Assembly (NCBI GenBank): GCA_010405405.1
Contig: MU004234.1
Span: 1,639,275-1,703,274, forward strand
Reading direction: 5' to 3'
Length of the DNA stretch: 64,000 bases
Source of the DNA: Microthyrium microscopicum
Lineage: Eukaryota
Shown: one piece after another, positions 12,674 to 26,065 of the stretch
Layout: each line of letters starts with the position of its first letter
Position numbering within the stretch: position 1 is the first letter of the stretch
Program-made: the position numbers and the translations under genes
Notes under the pieces: model-generated
The model's database searches: none
Seen by the model: the letters and a program-made list of their open reading frames with translations, nothing else
Told to the model about the DNA's origin: nothing

Positions 12674-13619
12674 TCAAATTGAGTGGTAGACGTCTACTTC
12701 TACGCTCACTACGTTGTTCATCCAGCCGCCATACTATGCGAGCATTAGCAAGGTTCTTCTTCATCTCTGGCTTTGCAAGACTTACTTTCGAACGAGCCCA
12801 AATACCAATTCGATCACCTCGCTGTAAGCTTCTGACGAACCCACCCCCTACTCCACATCCATCCAATGGCCATGCAATCTCCTCGCCTTCATTGTCTGGA
12901 TCCCAGGTGACAGTCATTGGCCCAGATTGACGACGCGCTACTCGATTCCGTGCCACCAGCCACTCAGAGCTCTCACCATTTTTAACTGTCTGCCAGCCTT
13001 GACTCTCCAGAGCTTCATTGTAGTCATCTGGATCTATTCTGTGATCCATCGGAGTAGCAGCCCGTGTTACATTGGTCATGGCATGCCCTCCCCATGGCCC
13101 CCTTATAGTTTCTGTATTGCTAATTCCATTAGGCAGTATCTCTTCTAGCGGTGCTGTCCCTCCTTCATCACGATAGATTCGTGCCTCAAACCAGGTGAAT
13201 GAGCCTGAAAATGTGCCGTGAATGCCTGTATCATCACACCATCCTTGATCATGTGCTTCAATCCGTAGTACGACGCGTCGCGGCTTTACAAGTGCAAGCT
13301 CTTCAAAGTATTCGCCACGACCAAGTGCGCCAGTGGTCAGATATAGAACAGCACCCTGTGGCGGGTCGTGCGTGAATTGAGCTTGCACTTGCACGTGTTC
13401 TCGTCTTATATAGTTTTGCCTTATCCAGTATTCCGCGTAGTCGAGAACGATGTCTACAAGCTCGAGTGGGAGACGGTTGGTTAGGACCGCGCGGGCTTCT
13501 TGGACTTGGTCGCGTGTGATGGCAGAGGCGTCGAAGGGCTCAGGTTCGGGGGCCTCATTGGAGACGAAAGATGAGATATAACTGCCTACGGAGCTGGCAA
13601 TGTTAGCTAGGAAGTTCAT
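12674..13619 (-). CDS. Conserved fungal hypothetical protein (LPLELVDIVLDYAEYW … HDQGW … FTWFEA family), 2 exons
   Basis: ORF from 13619. An intron at about 12737-12785 gives the C-terminus …WARSK|YGGWMNNVVSVEVDVYHSI*, with the stop at 12674-12676. The N-terminal segment resembles an F-box-like motif. Confidence 0.7.
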
Positions 13620-14351
13620 CGTGCGATTTTTACTGTTGTGGTTGACGAGATTAGTTGAAGTTGAAAGGGTGGAGGGCGTAGAAGGTTGACATGACGTCCG
13701 TAGGATTTGCGTTTGTTAGGGCCGCCTTCAACAACACTTCCATGAAGCACCAAGACCGACCTTCACTATCATGGGTTCGATATCAAAGCAAAACACAGTT
13801 CAGTGCTGCAATTTCCAATGTCACAGAGCAACCCAATGTGGGATACATATGGGCACTCTGACTTGGCACAGTTTGGTAATGCGCTTCGTGACCACAGGCT
13901 ACTAAGTCGTTGAAGCATACTACTACTAGTAGTAGTAAAGATATCGTTACGAACATATTCAATATTCACTGCGAAGAGGAAATGATTCAGAAATATTAAT
14001 CAATTGATCATCGTTAACCTCATTCAGACAAGAAAAGCAGTCATCCTGAAAAACAGCCGTAACGCCATCCCAATGCTGCTGTGGAAAACCCGCCTACAAA
14101 CAACGCCTTCATATGCATCGTGACGAGTATGATGAAAAGCATATACAGACACCGTCATATCCAGTCCAGCACATCGGCAGTAATGCGCAATGCCCAAACC
14201 TCCTCTCTCATCATCCACCCTCTCACACACCCTTCCCCTTCATCTGCCCCGTACTACATCGTGGCGCCTTCTTCACACCCAACCGCGTCGGCACTCCTGG
14301 CGAACTCTTCGCCTTGCGCCCACCCAGTAGTCCATCAAGCGACGGTCGGCC

Positions 14352-16241
14352 CTACGACTTTGCCTTTGGTACTGGCGGTGCATTTCCCAAACTGCCCACA
14401 CGGCCGCTAACTTTCCGCACACTGCCTGGTCCGCTCTGCGCACTTGCTGCGCGACGCTTGGCTTGTGCTGCGCTTGGAGTTCGTGAAGCGCGACGTAATC
14501 GCATGTGTACTTGCAGTTCGTCGGCACTATCTTCTCCACTGGCATGCTCCACGTGCCGCTGCATCGCAACGATCTCAGCGGTCGCATCTTGATGGATATA
14601 TGGTGCAGAGTTTTCGCTGCCTTTACTAGAGAGCTTGCCGTAGGACTTGCTAGTCTTGCGGGGTTGACCGGGCGTTGGCGCGGGCAAGAATGCATCGTCG
14701 ACGGCATTGGCGGGTGAGTGGTCATTCGAGTGGATTTCGCCTAGAGCAGAGCGTTTGGCGTTTGGTGGTGTGCAAGCTCCGAGGGAGGCTTCGCGCATTT
14801 TGCTGTTGCGAAGGATGCTGCGTGGTGGTGTGGAGGGTTGTAGGAGCGCCATTTTCTCTTTCATGCTGTCTTCGAACCACCATTCGCGAAAGGTGTTTTG
14901 GTTGAGATGTAGCCAGTGCTGTTGTGGGCCGACGACCATGCCGGGGCGCATAAAGCGCATGAAGGCGATGACTTCGTTAGCGGTGAATCCGTGGCGGTAG
15001 ATGAGGTATGCGCCGATCAGGCAGCCAGTTCGACCAAGACCTGCTTTGCAGTGCACACCGATAGCCTTTTTCTTGACGTTGATCATGTCGTGTGAGATGC
15101 GAATGAATTTGCGAACGGTGGGCATGGTTGGACATGTGCCGTCGTCAAAGATCATGTCGAGATGTTGGATGCCGTTGGCTGTGAAGTAAGATGGCGAGTA
15201 TAGAGGATCGTTTAATCGGACTACGAGACCAACGTTGCGTTGCATAAAGTAGCTGAGAACGTTCTTGAATGGACCGCCCATGTCTTCGTTTTTCGGTATG
15301 TCTTCTACTGTCCGAGGGATCGTTGCATGCTTGGGATCGGATTTTGAGATTGGTTTTTGGATGGAATCTTGAGGCGATGCAAGTGCAATGAATGATGGAC
15401 TTATCCAATTGAAGTCGCCATTCTCGACGCGCTCATACGTCTCATACCTATATCAAGTCAGATGCAGAAATGAAACTTGGACATAATCATGCTTACTCTT
15501 CAAGGTTGAAGTTGTCCAACGTAATCAACTTTTCTTCTTTTGCTCGCCACACACCATAGACAATGTCTTGAATTGTGAGGCCAAAGTCTGCAACACTATA
15601 TCCAGCATCGCGGAAAGGCATGCATGGAGGATCCATCTGCGCAATTGGCGCCAGCGCCAAATGAGGAGGCCAGTTTTGAATGAGAACCATGTAGCACGCT
15701 AAAATAGCTGCCGAGTTAGCTCTCCCTATTATCATGTTAGTAACTGGTCGCCAGGTCCATCTTTATTATAGTACTATTCAACTTACGTCTTGAGTCCGCA
15801 TAGCTCCAGAAAACCACAACTCGCTCGGGATTGTCAGCCAATACCTCATGCAATGTTATTGCGAAGCGGTAAAGGTGACCAATGTGTAGTGGACCGAAAT
15901 CGGCGTGGAAAGCGTTGTACATCAAAGTCTGATCAATCGAGAAGTACACTATCGATTTTCGAGCGGCAGCTGGTCGCGCAACTGGAGTGCTTCTGGAAGA
16001 TGTTTTGTGATGGGTGCGCCGAGGAGTTTTGGCTTCGCGATCTGGCCAGGGGAAAGGGGTATGTGAGGTAGGCGGATGGGTGTAAGATGCCAAGTAGAGT
16101 TTATCTGTGAGTTTAGTTGTTAGAAGATGTTTTGCTTGCTCATGTTCAATATTTACCTTGAATAAACTCGATGACTTGGCCATAACAAACCGCAGTCGCA
16201 CCACTTGACTTGGTCGGCGAAGCGCCAGACTCTCGAGGCAT
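14352..16241 (-). CDS. CDC14: Dual-specificity phosphatase Cdc14, multi-exon
   Basis: Start MPRESGASPTKSSGATAVCYGQVIEFIQ|DKLYLASY. Contains YNAFHADFGPLHIGHLYRF, MPFRDAGY and the catalytic HCKAGLGRTG, then FMRFMRPGMVVGPQQ. Confidence 0.95.
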
Positions 16242-17014
16242 GTTGACGGGAGAAAGTTGAGAAGCTCACAAAGGAGCTTTTTGTGAAGATGTCTGGTTGC
16301 ACTCAAGTACAAAAGTTGCTGTTGCGGTGAGTAGTTTAATCTAGACGGTCTCGGATATGCAAGCAACCCGCTCGGTGCGTCAAGCTCAGATGCGCGGTAT
16401 GTGTAAGGAGCGCAGTAATAATTGCAAAGAATATGCAGTAATGGCAGTGCAACAAATGCAAGCGACGCTGAGAGCAGTCTATGGAGATTATGGTGAGAGA
16501 CGGAGAATGGAGTGACGATGCTGTTGATGAGATGTTGTTGTGCGGATTTAGAGACACTTTAAAACTGGAGTCAATGTTATGGTGGCGTAGCGTCGTTGCT
16601 GGGGCTACCCAAACAAACACACATAACATTGACTGAGGCTCAATTTGACTGACCCTGGTCCTTGTTACAGTACAGAGTACAACTGAGGAAGTACAACTTT
16701 AAATGACAGCAGAATAAACAAATGATTCCTGATATAATCCTTTCAAATCATCATGTCAGTCTTGATGTCTTCGTGATTATAGATTTGTAGTAGATCATCT
16801 TCAATAGCTCCTTCCACAACAAAAGTGAGACATAACAGTTCCTTCTCTTCGCAAAACAAGCGCTCGCGTGCCTCTTCCACGTGCTTAGGCTTGGCATCAA
16901 ATCCATCCCACGTCCTCTCCCACTTTGGTTGGTTCTTCTTCTCCATCTGCATTATTGTTGTGGTTCATGAACTTGTCTTGTTCCACTGCCTATCATCTAC
17001 ATCCGCTTTAACAA

Positions 17015-18733
17015 ATGATTCGCTCTGGAAAGTCCTCGTCGAGTCCCTGGCTGACTTTGCCGCCTGATGCATTTCATGCCTGGGCAACCCTCAACGGCAT
17101 ATCTCTTTCTGAAGTAGCTGTTGCTATCCCTGCGTCCATCTCAAATTCTGGAAGCGCATCTCAAGATGGTTCTGAACATGCAGACCCAGCTTCATCTATC
17201 AAAGGCTATGGCCTCGTAGCAAGTCAGGACATCAAGTCTCATGATACGCCACTGTTATCTGTGCCTAGAGATATGGTGCTTTCTGAAAGAAGAGTCCGCG
17301 AGCTTGCCAGCGGCGATGTTCGATTAGCCGAGTTGCTCAAAGCCTGTGGATCATACGCTACTGTACGATATCATCTATCGAGAAAAACATACACACAATT
17401 TCCTGACACGAACTCAGTCCTCGCGCATTGTGATTATGATCTTCCTCCTCTACCAAATCACTATCGTGAATCCAAACATCAAGACAAAAATAGGCTTGCA
17501 GACTCCATTCATTGAGTATATAAAATTCATGCCACTTCCCCAACTAACCACTCTCCTATCCGAAGACGAACTGCTTCTGTTTGAAGGAACAACAATAGTG
17601 CCAGCGACAAGAGTAAAACTCAACAAACTCCTTGCCGAATATACTACTTTACGACAAGCGACAAAATCAATCTCATGGCTAGCACCGACCTGGTGGGGCT
17701 TCGAGAGTCCGCCCGTTCCAATCGAGCTGTCTGTAGCAATGTCCGGACTCGAAATCGACGTGGAGGAAGAATTTGCCAACTCAGATCCTCTAATCACACT
17801 TGAAGACTGGATTTTACTTGATGCCATGTACCGTTCAAGGGCCCTGGAATGGCCAGGTGAAGGGGAAGCCATGGTTCCTGCAATAGACATGGCAAACCAC
17901 ACCGTCCCTGCCAACGCTGAATTCCAAGTAATGCCCGGTGGTGATGGCGCCCTACTAGCTAAAGACGACACGCCAATTAAGTCTGGCGACGAGATATTAA
18001 TCAGCTACGGAGATCATAAATCTACCCTGGAGATACTTTTCTCGTATGGTTTTCTGCCAGACTACGAGCCTACGGCTAAGTCTATCCTGCTGTCGTTACC
18101 GCCGCCTGGAGAAGATCCACTAGGTCCACCGAAAGCATTCATTGCGCAGAAAGAGAACTTTGCACCTGGTATCAGGATACATGAGGAGCAAGGAGAGATC
18201 AAATGGGACAGTGAGGTATTGTGGCTTATGATCCTTAATGAAGAAGACGGTCTCGATTTTAAAGTCGCTTATGGGCCTGATAGAGAGAGGGAATTGGATA
18301 TGACGTGGAAAGACGAAGTTGTCCGTCTCGGTGTTATGAAAGATTTGCTAATGCAAGATTCTATGGCGGAACTCTTTGAGCTGCGAGCAACTGTATTGGT
18401 CCTTGGTCAGATCGAACGACAGCTTGAGAGACTGACGGGAGGGTCTGGTGTTGACTCGAATGACGGAGTGGAAGTTTCCAAGGATCTCTGTGTCGTTGCT
18501 GAAAAGCTTCGAGAAATGGAGACGAGATTGCTAGTTGAGGCTCGCGATCAGCTCGACACTCAGGTACGTATATCCTTCCAAAGTAATGCTCCAGTACTAA
18601 ATTCGGTTTCTAGAAGAGTAAACTCGTACAATCAGAAACGGTACAGAGCTACTTTCGATCTATACAGCACCCAATCGAAGATACTATCGAGAGCAATGAT
18701 AACGAGGATGGTGAAGAAGAGGACTTCACCTGA
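17015..18733 (+). CDS. SET-domain protein lysine methyltransferase (Rubisco-LSMT/Efm1-like), 3 exons
   Basis: KGYGLVA, MVPAIDMANH, ILISYG and LFSYGF motifs. Introns at about 17362-17418 and 18564-18613 give the acidic C-terminus …GEEEDFT*. Confidence 0.85.
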
Positions 18734-18835
18734 GTCATTCATAATCAAACGAAATCAAAGTCAAGTCAGCAACGACAGCAGCACCATGAGCTGCGATGAA
18801 CTGCAAAACTGAATCTATTACTGCCTAGGAAAACC

Positions 18836-20910
18836 TCACAGTCGTGGTCCTTCAACCTCAATCTCAGCAGCCAATATTCCTTCAACAACTTCCTCTCCAT
18901 CTTCAACTTCCGTTATCCACTTCACGCGCCCTCCCCTTTTAGCTCTGATCTCAACTTCCATCTTCATCTGGCGAACAACACACACTACATCGTCAACTTT
19001 GACCATGTCGCCTTCGTCTACGCATACTTCAACGAGCTTGCCTGGAAACGGTATGACAATGTGTCGAGGATTATTAGGATCGCCTCGCCTGTGCTGACAC
19101 GTCACCGCTGAAGCAGATGCTGTTGTACTCGACAGCTCTAGCTTGTACTTTTGCGGAGCCGAAGATGATGAGGATGCGAATGTGACTTCGGCCGTTAGCG
19201 CAGTTGGGAAATCATTTCGTAGGATCCGCGTGAGCTGTAGATGGTTTGTCGAGCTTGAGGCTTGACTTCTGTTCAACGGGATGAGATTTGCAGTGAAGGA
19301 ATCGCCTTTTCTGAAGATAGGAGCGCCCGCTGTGATGGCCGAAGTGGCACTTGTCGAACTGGATTCTTCCCGGCTCTCTATTGGCATGGCCAGATTCTGA
19401 GTTATGGTAGCTCCAAGCTCAAGCAGCTCCGCTTGCCGCGTTTCCAACCAAGTTGTATCGCAATCTCCAGCCGAGAAGTCTGGATGCGCTGCAATCCCTC
19501 GTAGTATCTCGAGATTTGTCTGGATGCCTTCTATTCTCGCCTCATTCAATGCTCGCCGCGCTTTCGCAACCACGATTGGCCAAGTTGGGCCAGTAACAAT
19601 GATCTTGGCCAACAAACTGTCAAATGAGCTTCCTATTGCTTGGCCAACTTCGAGCGCTGCGTCGACCCGGATACCATTCCCTCCTGGTAGCTTAAGAGCG
19701 GTGATCTTGCCCACGCTGAGACTCCAATTTTTGCGGACATCTTCAGCTGTGATACGAAATTGTACTGAATAATCGCTGGGCTCGAAGTTCAGACTGACCG
19801 TATCCAATGGTAGTCCGGATGCTGAGAGTGATGCTCCTTGAGATATTAGAAGTTGCGCACGCACGAGATCTATCCTGCATATCGACTCGGATATGGTGTG
19901 TTCTACTTGGAGGCGGGGGTTTATTTCCAAGAAGAAGAATTCTTGAGTCGTAGGGTTGGCTAGGAACTCGAATGTTCCCAGCGAGAAGTATTGGACCTGG
20001 GTTCTGTTTAGTAGTAATCTGCCCGCTGGATATACGAGCACCTTACTTTCTTGGCCATTGTGATAGCAGCCTGAATGATCTTTGCTATGAAAGCACAATC
20101 TGCGCCCACACAAGGTGCAATCTCGACGACTTTCTGGTATCGTCGCTGAATCGAACATTGACGCTCGAAAAGATGTATTACATCCGTCCCATCGCCGACA
20201 ATCTGTACCTCCACATGTAAACAGCCATCCACCGCCGCCTTCTCCGCAAACACGCTCTTTGAGACACTCTCTTCGATCGCCCGCTTTGCCATGCCCTCAA
20301 GCTCTGATTCTGATCTTACCAGTCGTATTCCGCGCCCTCCGCCGCCGTCGACAGCTTTTATCATCACAGGATACTCAACATCAGCAGCAAACCTACGCAG
20401 CGCGGCGACATCTGCCGTGGGTTCACCCAACGCAGCTAGAACAGGCACAGAACATTCTTCAGCCAGTTTCCGTGCGGCCAATTTATCTCCAGTCCGATTC
20501 AATAGCTCCCATCCTGGTCCTATCACCACCGCGCCTGCCTCTTCCCATACTCGGCGACTGAACTCGGCACTCTCGGATAAGAAGCCATAGCCTGGATGCA
20601 CGGCGTCAACTTTATGCTGCTTGATAATGTTGACGAGCGCGTCAATATCCAAGTAGGCTTCTGGACTAGGTAGCTCAACTGCTTCCGAGGCGCCATGAGT
20701 GTGTGCTGTATCTCCCCTGGAGTACAAAGCGATAGTAGGTAATGAGAGTTCGGCAGCGGCAGATATTATGCGCGCTGCAATTTCTCCTCTGTTAGCGACG
20801 CTTTTGACATGTTAGACAAGTGCTAAATTGGAGAATGGAAGATGAAAAGAATCATGAACTTACAGTAGACGGCTTATGGGACGAGTTAGTGGGCGGCCAT
20901 TAAGGGACAT
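18836..20910 (-). CDS. Biotin carboxylase + biotin-carboxyl carrier (alpha subunit of an acyl-CoA carboxylase), 3 exons
   Basis: LL|VANRGEIA (intron 20801-20863), HPGYGFLSE, KAVDGGGGRG, CSIQRRYQK and FLEINPRLQVEH motifs. C-terminal biotinyl domain with QMKME. Second intron at about 19998-20046. Confidence 0.9.
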
Positions 20911-21277
20911 GTTCGCGCGTGAATGGTTTACTTTATATCTCTCTAACTCATATAGAGAGTTGTTGCTGGTGCTTTTCTTCAATTCCAAGCTCTTCAATGA
21001 AATGATTAGAGACCGATTCTATATGCTCCACGAATGTGATGGCAAGAGCTCCCAGATTCTGAAGAGTTGAGAATCTACCACCTATTGAAGAAAAGCTACT
21101 GGTATACAATTATGAAGCTATCTTTAAGGCAATTACATTGATCGTCAGATCGTCCAATGTGTGGGGAAGCAGCCGAGGTACCCCATGCGAGCTCAACGTT
21201 TCGAGCTCTCCATCATCAACACCAACAGCATTACCGTTTTTCTTGATACTTGCAATTGATCATAAAAGATTCTCACT

Positions 21278-23249
21278 ATGCCTGACGACAGCAATGGTTC
21301 TCCGTCCGCTTCAAAATCTAAGGAGATCGCCTCCGAGTCACAATCTCAGTCCCCAGCTCCGCCTCCGTCAACCCCAGCTACTATCGAAGCTACAAACGCT
21401 GCAGAACCCTCTCAACTGACATCCACAATAAACGAACGCTTATCACAAGTCGCCTCCCATGTTTCTCCGTCGGCAAAACCCAACACCTCCCGACCGCGAC
21501 GCCGTTCGCGCAGGAAATCCTCCAGTGACGACCTGCCAGCCGATTATTCAGATATACTAAGCCATGTCGCCAAACTACGCGAAATTGCTGCGACACCAGA
21601 CCATAGTAATCGTGGATACCAACGGCAACTAGCCGCTGGCAAGCTATGGGTTAGAGAAAGGGTAGAGAAATTTGTGGATCCGGGCTCTTTCAAAGAGGTC
21701 GGAAGCGTATCTGGCACTGTGACATGGAAGAAGACTGGCGATGGCAGAGAAGAGCCAGTGGCGTTCATACCTAGCAATAATGTTCAAGGGTTTGGGAAGT
21801 TGAACGGCAGAACGATCGTCTTCACCGCGGACGACTTTTCCATACGAGCAGGACATGCTGATGGGAGCTTGGCGGCGAAGACGATGCATATGGAAGAGAT
21901 GAGTCTCAGTCTGAAGCTGCCCACTATCAAATTGGTAGACGGATCATCTGGTGGGGGGTCCGTGACAACTATCATATCAACCGGCTGGTCATATTTGCCA
22001 ACAGTCAGGACGTTTGTGACAGTTTCAAAGGCACTTAACGAAGGCATACCAAATCTGGGAGCTGTTCTTGGACCTGCAATTGGACTTGGAGCGGCACGAG
22101 TGACAGCGTGTCATTTCAGTGTCATGGCTGCAAATGTTGGGAGTCTTTTCAATGCTGGACCCGCTGTAGTTGCGGGATCAACATTTGAGGAAGGTTTGAC
22201 TTTGCAGGAACTCGGGGGTCCAGATATCCATTGCAGGAACGGAACGATTGACAACAAAGCACAAAATGAAGAAGAAGCCTTTGAACAGCTGCGTACAGTC
22301 CTCGGGTTTTTACCTAACCACGGCGGGGAGTTGCCCCCACAACTCCTCAACGACGATTCACCTACCCGAAAGTCTCCAAATCTACGCAGCATAATACCAC
22401 GACGTCGCGAGCGCATGTATGATGCCCGCAAAATCATCACCACCGTCACCGATACAGACTCATGGTTCGAGATTGGTGCATTATGGGGCCAGACTGCGAT
22501 TGTTGGTTTAGCAAGGCTGGGTGGATTTCCTATAGGAGTAATATCACTTGACCCTGAAGTCGGAGCTGGCGCTATTGATGCTTTAGGAAGCCAAAAGGTT
22601 ACGCGGCATCTCAAGTTCTGTGATATCTTCAACTTGCCCATCATACAGTTCATTGATTGTCCAGGTTATGCGATAGGCACAGTAGCTGAGCGCACTGCAA
22701 CAATGCGCCATGGAATAAACCTGGCCCTAGCATATCATGGGACCACCACTCCCATTGCTTCAATAATTACCAGGAGATGTTATGGTGTTGCTGGTGGTAT
22801 AATGGTTGGAAGCAGGTAAGAGTTGTCTCCATTATGCTTTCATCGATCTGATCGCCAAAATCTCGCGTGCCGGCCTTCCGAGCTATGTCATGGTTACTAA
22901 TAGCTCATAATATAGAGATCCACGATTTGTCGTAGCTTGGCCCTCTGGTGTTTGGGGATCGCTGCCCTTGGAGGGTGGCATTCAGGTCGGTCACAGTTAC
23001 GAGCTATCGCAGATCGAAAAGACCCGAGGCACTCAGGCGATGAAAGAGCGATATCGCGAGCTAGAAGAAGAATATACCAGACTCATGAATCCGGTGAGAA
23101 CAGCGAACAATTTCGGCGTAGAGGAGATAATAGATCCTGCAGAAACGAGGACGATATGCGCCGAATGGTTACGGCATATGTATAAAGTCTTGTTGCCGCA
23201 GAGAGTGATGGACCGAGCTGCTGGACGTATAAGTCCTGTATTCTATTAG
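21278..23249 (+). CDS. Carboxyltransferase (beta subunit of an acyl-CoA carboxylase), 2 exons
   Basis: GKLWVRERV, ADDFSIRAG, GPAIGLGAAR, LGGPDIHCRNG, LARLGG and FIDCPGY motifs. An intron at about 22816-22915 joins to …AWPSGVWGSLPLEGG…EEIIDPAETR. Confidence 0.9.
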
Positions 23250-23701
23250 ATCAGAATATTAAACCACATATCAATCCAGACTTGCAACGACATGCAGAAT
23301 CCTACGATGAAATGCTTCTCGGGCATGCAGGAGAGAGCATACGCCGCCACATCGCCAGGTGATCAACAACGTCTCGAACGCGTAAGGGATAACGAGCTTC
23401 ACTTCGATGATGCAAGAGCTCATCTTGATCGACGTTTTATGAAGCTGAAGTTGAGACGTTAAACTTCTTGACCAAATGTCGTTGAAATGGTTGATTGTAG
23501 TAAAAAGTTGCGTTCACAGCCCCAAATCTAATTTTATTGCCCCTGCTCTTCTCGAAATCCAGAAACTTCAATTTCTCAGGTCATCGAACCATCATCGCAA
23601 ACCATCCGATTGTTCCAAAAAGACCTCTGGAACCCAATTTCTATTTGCAAATAATGCCTATGAAATGAAAGATCTACGTAGCTCGGGATTGCACTCGAAC
23701 G

Positions 23702-26065
23702 ATGAGCTTATGGGGTCGGCGCGTCGTGTCCGTTGTGGTAATTCTTCTGCTGCTCTCCTTATTCGACTCATCACCCGGCTCGCGCTCAACCAACAAAGAG
23801 GTTGACAATGCTGTTGCGACAGAGGACAGTGCTTGGCATTCATTGAATGGATCTGTCTTTGGAGACTTCAACCCATCCGAAAACAAATGGCTTAATCTTA
23901 CCGGTTTCAGGGAATCAGATGGCTGGGCTTGGGAAGGTCTCGTAAAAGCACGAAACAGAGCCCGAGAGCAAACCATTCATGCTCTCGGGGAAGGTGATGG
24001 TGAGCAATATTTAGGGGGAAATATACCAAAAGATGCCACCATACCATTTTATCGCAATGTGTCTGGATGTATCAGAGGCACGTGGATACGTTCTTCGGCT
24101 GGAGAGGCTCTGAAACGACCGACTCCAGATCTGGAAACTCTTTTACCTGACAAAATCCAACGAGAGAAGCATCATTATCACCGAAACGTATCTGGCACAA
24201 CTGGCAAGATTCAAATCTCATTCGGAGAGAAAGGTGAAGCTGACGAATGGGATAATCTCCATGCTAGAGGTGTAAAGGCCAAGCTGTATATTGAACATGG
24301 GAGGAAGCTCGAAGACTCTTCATATGTCATATTGAATGGCCTACATCTTCTGGAAACTGGAAGCATGATTTTAGTCACTCAAAGTGAAAAGTTCCCGGGA
24401 TTGTTTGCATTACCACACTTTGCTCTATCCGATCGTCATTTTTCAGCATATCAACATCGACTCAATAGGACCTTGAAAGATATCATTGATTTGCAAAAGT
24501 CTCATCGCTTCCACGATGCGAACCCCTGGAGATCCTCTCTGGACGAAGAAAGCATTGATTGTGAGATTATTCTTTACTTACAACAACATCCCATTTCAAC
24601 TGTTTTTGATGTATCATCATTGGAGAAAGAGCTTAGATTTCCTACAGGACGGACCGGATACTCTGTAGACAGCCTCAAAATTTCCATGACTTTATTCTCC
24701 CCGGACTGTGGATATATCCTCGAATCAGCGGATTCTGCCCAACTCCCTGGTGGAGCCAAACATTTGGTCGGAGAGAAAACCGAAGTGTTCTTTTTCAAGG
24801 CGAGAAGGCATCTTATTGCTTTTGGCGTCGCTCTTCTTCTACAAGCTCTCTCGATTATGCGACAAACGAAAGATTCCTGCACACCTTCAACCAAAAATAG
24901 AATCAGCGTCACATCAATCACCATATTCACGATAGGGGATGGCCTCGTCTTACTGGCGCTGTTCACCATGACCACCATAGCCGATATGACCTTTATCACA
25001 ATCCTAGCCATGACATATCTTGCTGGCATTTCTAGTATCATGTTCGATACGAATTTTGTTGTCGGTATTTACCTTGTACAGCTTGAAGATGACATACGAA
25101 TGCGACGTCAACAAGAAAGCCAGTCACCCAACCGCTCCTCGACTCCTCAAGTGACGCATCCTCCCGTGGATATTGATGTACTACCTCTCCCTGTAACAGC
25201 TAGCCGGGCATTCACACCAGAAGCTCCAATGGCTTCTGACGGCGAAGGTCCTATGGAGGTCCCTACTGACGAAGTATCAACAAGTGAAGCTAGCCGCCAG
25301 ATGTTCAGCCGAGTAATCTTCTCTGTGGTTTGTATTTTCATACTAACCTTCTGGGCCATGACTTGGGGAACTTTTATGCGTAACGCGTACTTCAACTTAA
25401 TGGCTTTCATCTACGTCTCATGCTGGATTCCACAAATCTATCGAAACGCGATTCGAAACTGCAGAAAGGCTCTGCGTTGGGACTTTGTTGTTGGCCAGAG
25501 CACTTTACGACTGCTACCACTAATGTATTTTTACGCTTATGACGGCAACCTACTTTACCTCGCGCCTGAACGAAACAAGGCAATATTTTTTGCTGGATGG
25601 GCATGGACTCAAATATGCATACTGGTCATACAAGATGTGTTTGGACCGCGCCTGTTTGTTCCCAAATCATGGATGCCACCAGCATATGACTACCATCCAA
25701 TTCTACGAGAAGATGATGAGAACGCACGTATCATTCTTGGATTCTCATCTTCTCCAAATGCAACTTCCCCAACTACCAGTCGTCCTGGTCGCATACGAGA
25801 AGATGGAACAGAATCTCGAGATTCTAAGTTCAAGAGATTGTTTGATTGTGCAATTTGCATGCAGTCGGTAGAGGTGCCAATCATTCCCAACAGTAATGCG
25901 CCAGATGGGAAAGCAGCAGAGGGTTTGACTGGAAGTGCATTTTTATGGCGCAGGAATTATATGATCACACCTTGTAGACATGTTTTTCATACAAAATGTC
26001 TGGAGGCGGCAATGCGTTATAGGCTGCAGTGTCCGATCTGCAGGGAGGGATTGCCGCCTTTATAG
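23702..26065 (+). CDS. TUL1: Transmembrane RING-H2 E3 ubiquitin ligase (Tul1/Dsc1)
   Basis: Signal peptide, lumenal domain (FSPDCGY), about 7 TM segments, WIPQIYRN and YDYHP motifs. C-terminal RING CAIC…TPCRHVFHTKCLE…CPICR…LPPL. Confidence 0.9.
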   Translation: MSLWGRRVVSVVVILLLLSLFDSSPGSRSTNKEVDNAVATEDSAWHSLNGSVFGDFNPSENKWLNLTGFRESDGWAWEGLVKARNRAREQTIHALGEGDGEQYLGGNIPKDATIPFYRNVSGCIRGTWIRSSAGEALKRPTPDLETLLPDKIQREKHHYHRNVSGTTGKIQISFGEKGEADEWDNLHARGVKAKLYIEHGRKLEDSSYVILNGLHLLETGSMILVTQSEKFPGLFALPHFALSDRHFSAYQHRLNRTLKDIIDLQKSHRFHDANPWRSSLDEESIDCEIILYLQQHPISTVFDVSSLEKELRFPTGRTGYSVDSLKISMTLFSPDCGYILESADSAQLPGGAKHLVGEKTEVFFFKARRHLIAFGVALLLQALSIMRQTKDSCTPSTKNRISVTSITIFTIGDGLVLLALFTMTTIADMTFITILAMTYLAGISSIMFDTNFVVGIYLVQLEDDIRMRRQQESQSPNRSSTPQVTHPPVDIDVLPLPVTASRAFTPEAPMASDGEGPMEVPTDEVSTSEASRQMFSRVIFSVVCIFILTFWAMTWGTFMRNAYFNLMAFIYVSCWIPQIYRNAIRNCRKALRWDFVVGQSTLRLLPLMYFYAYDGNLLYLAPERNKAIFFAGWAWTQICILVIQDVFGPRLFVPKSWMPPAYDYHPILREDDENARIILGFSSSPNATSPTTSRPGRIREDGTESRDSKFKRLFDCAICMQSVEVPIIPNSNAPDGKAAEGLTGSAFLWRRNYMITPCRHVFHTKCLEAAMRYRLQCPICREGLPPL

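Noticed and set aside
16743..16952. 69-aa minus-strand ORF (MQMEKKNQ…)
   Set aside because: It is the reverse complement of the CT-rich leader in the divergent CDC14/SET spacer, with no domain evidence.
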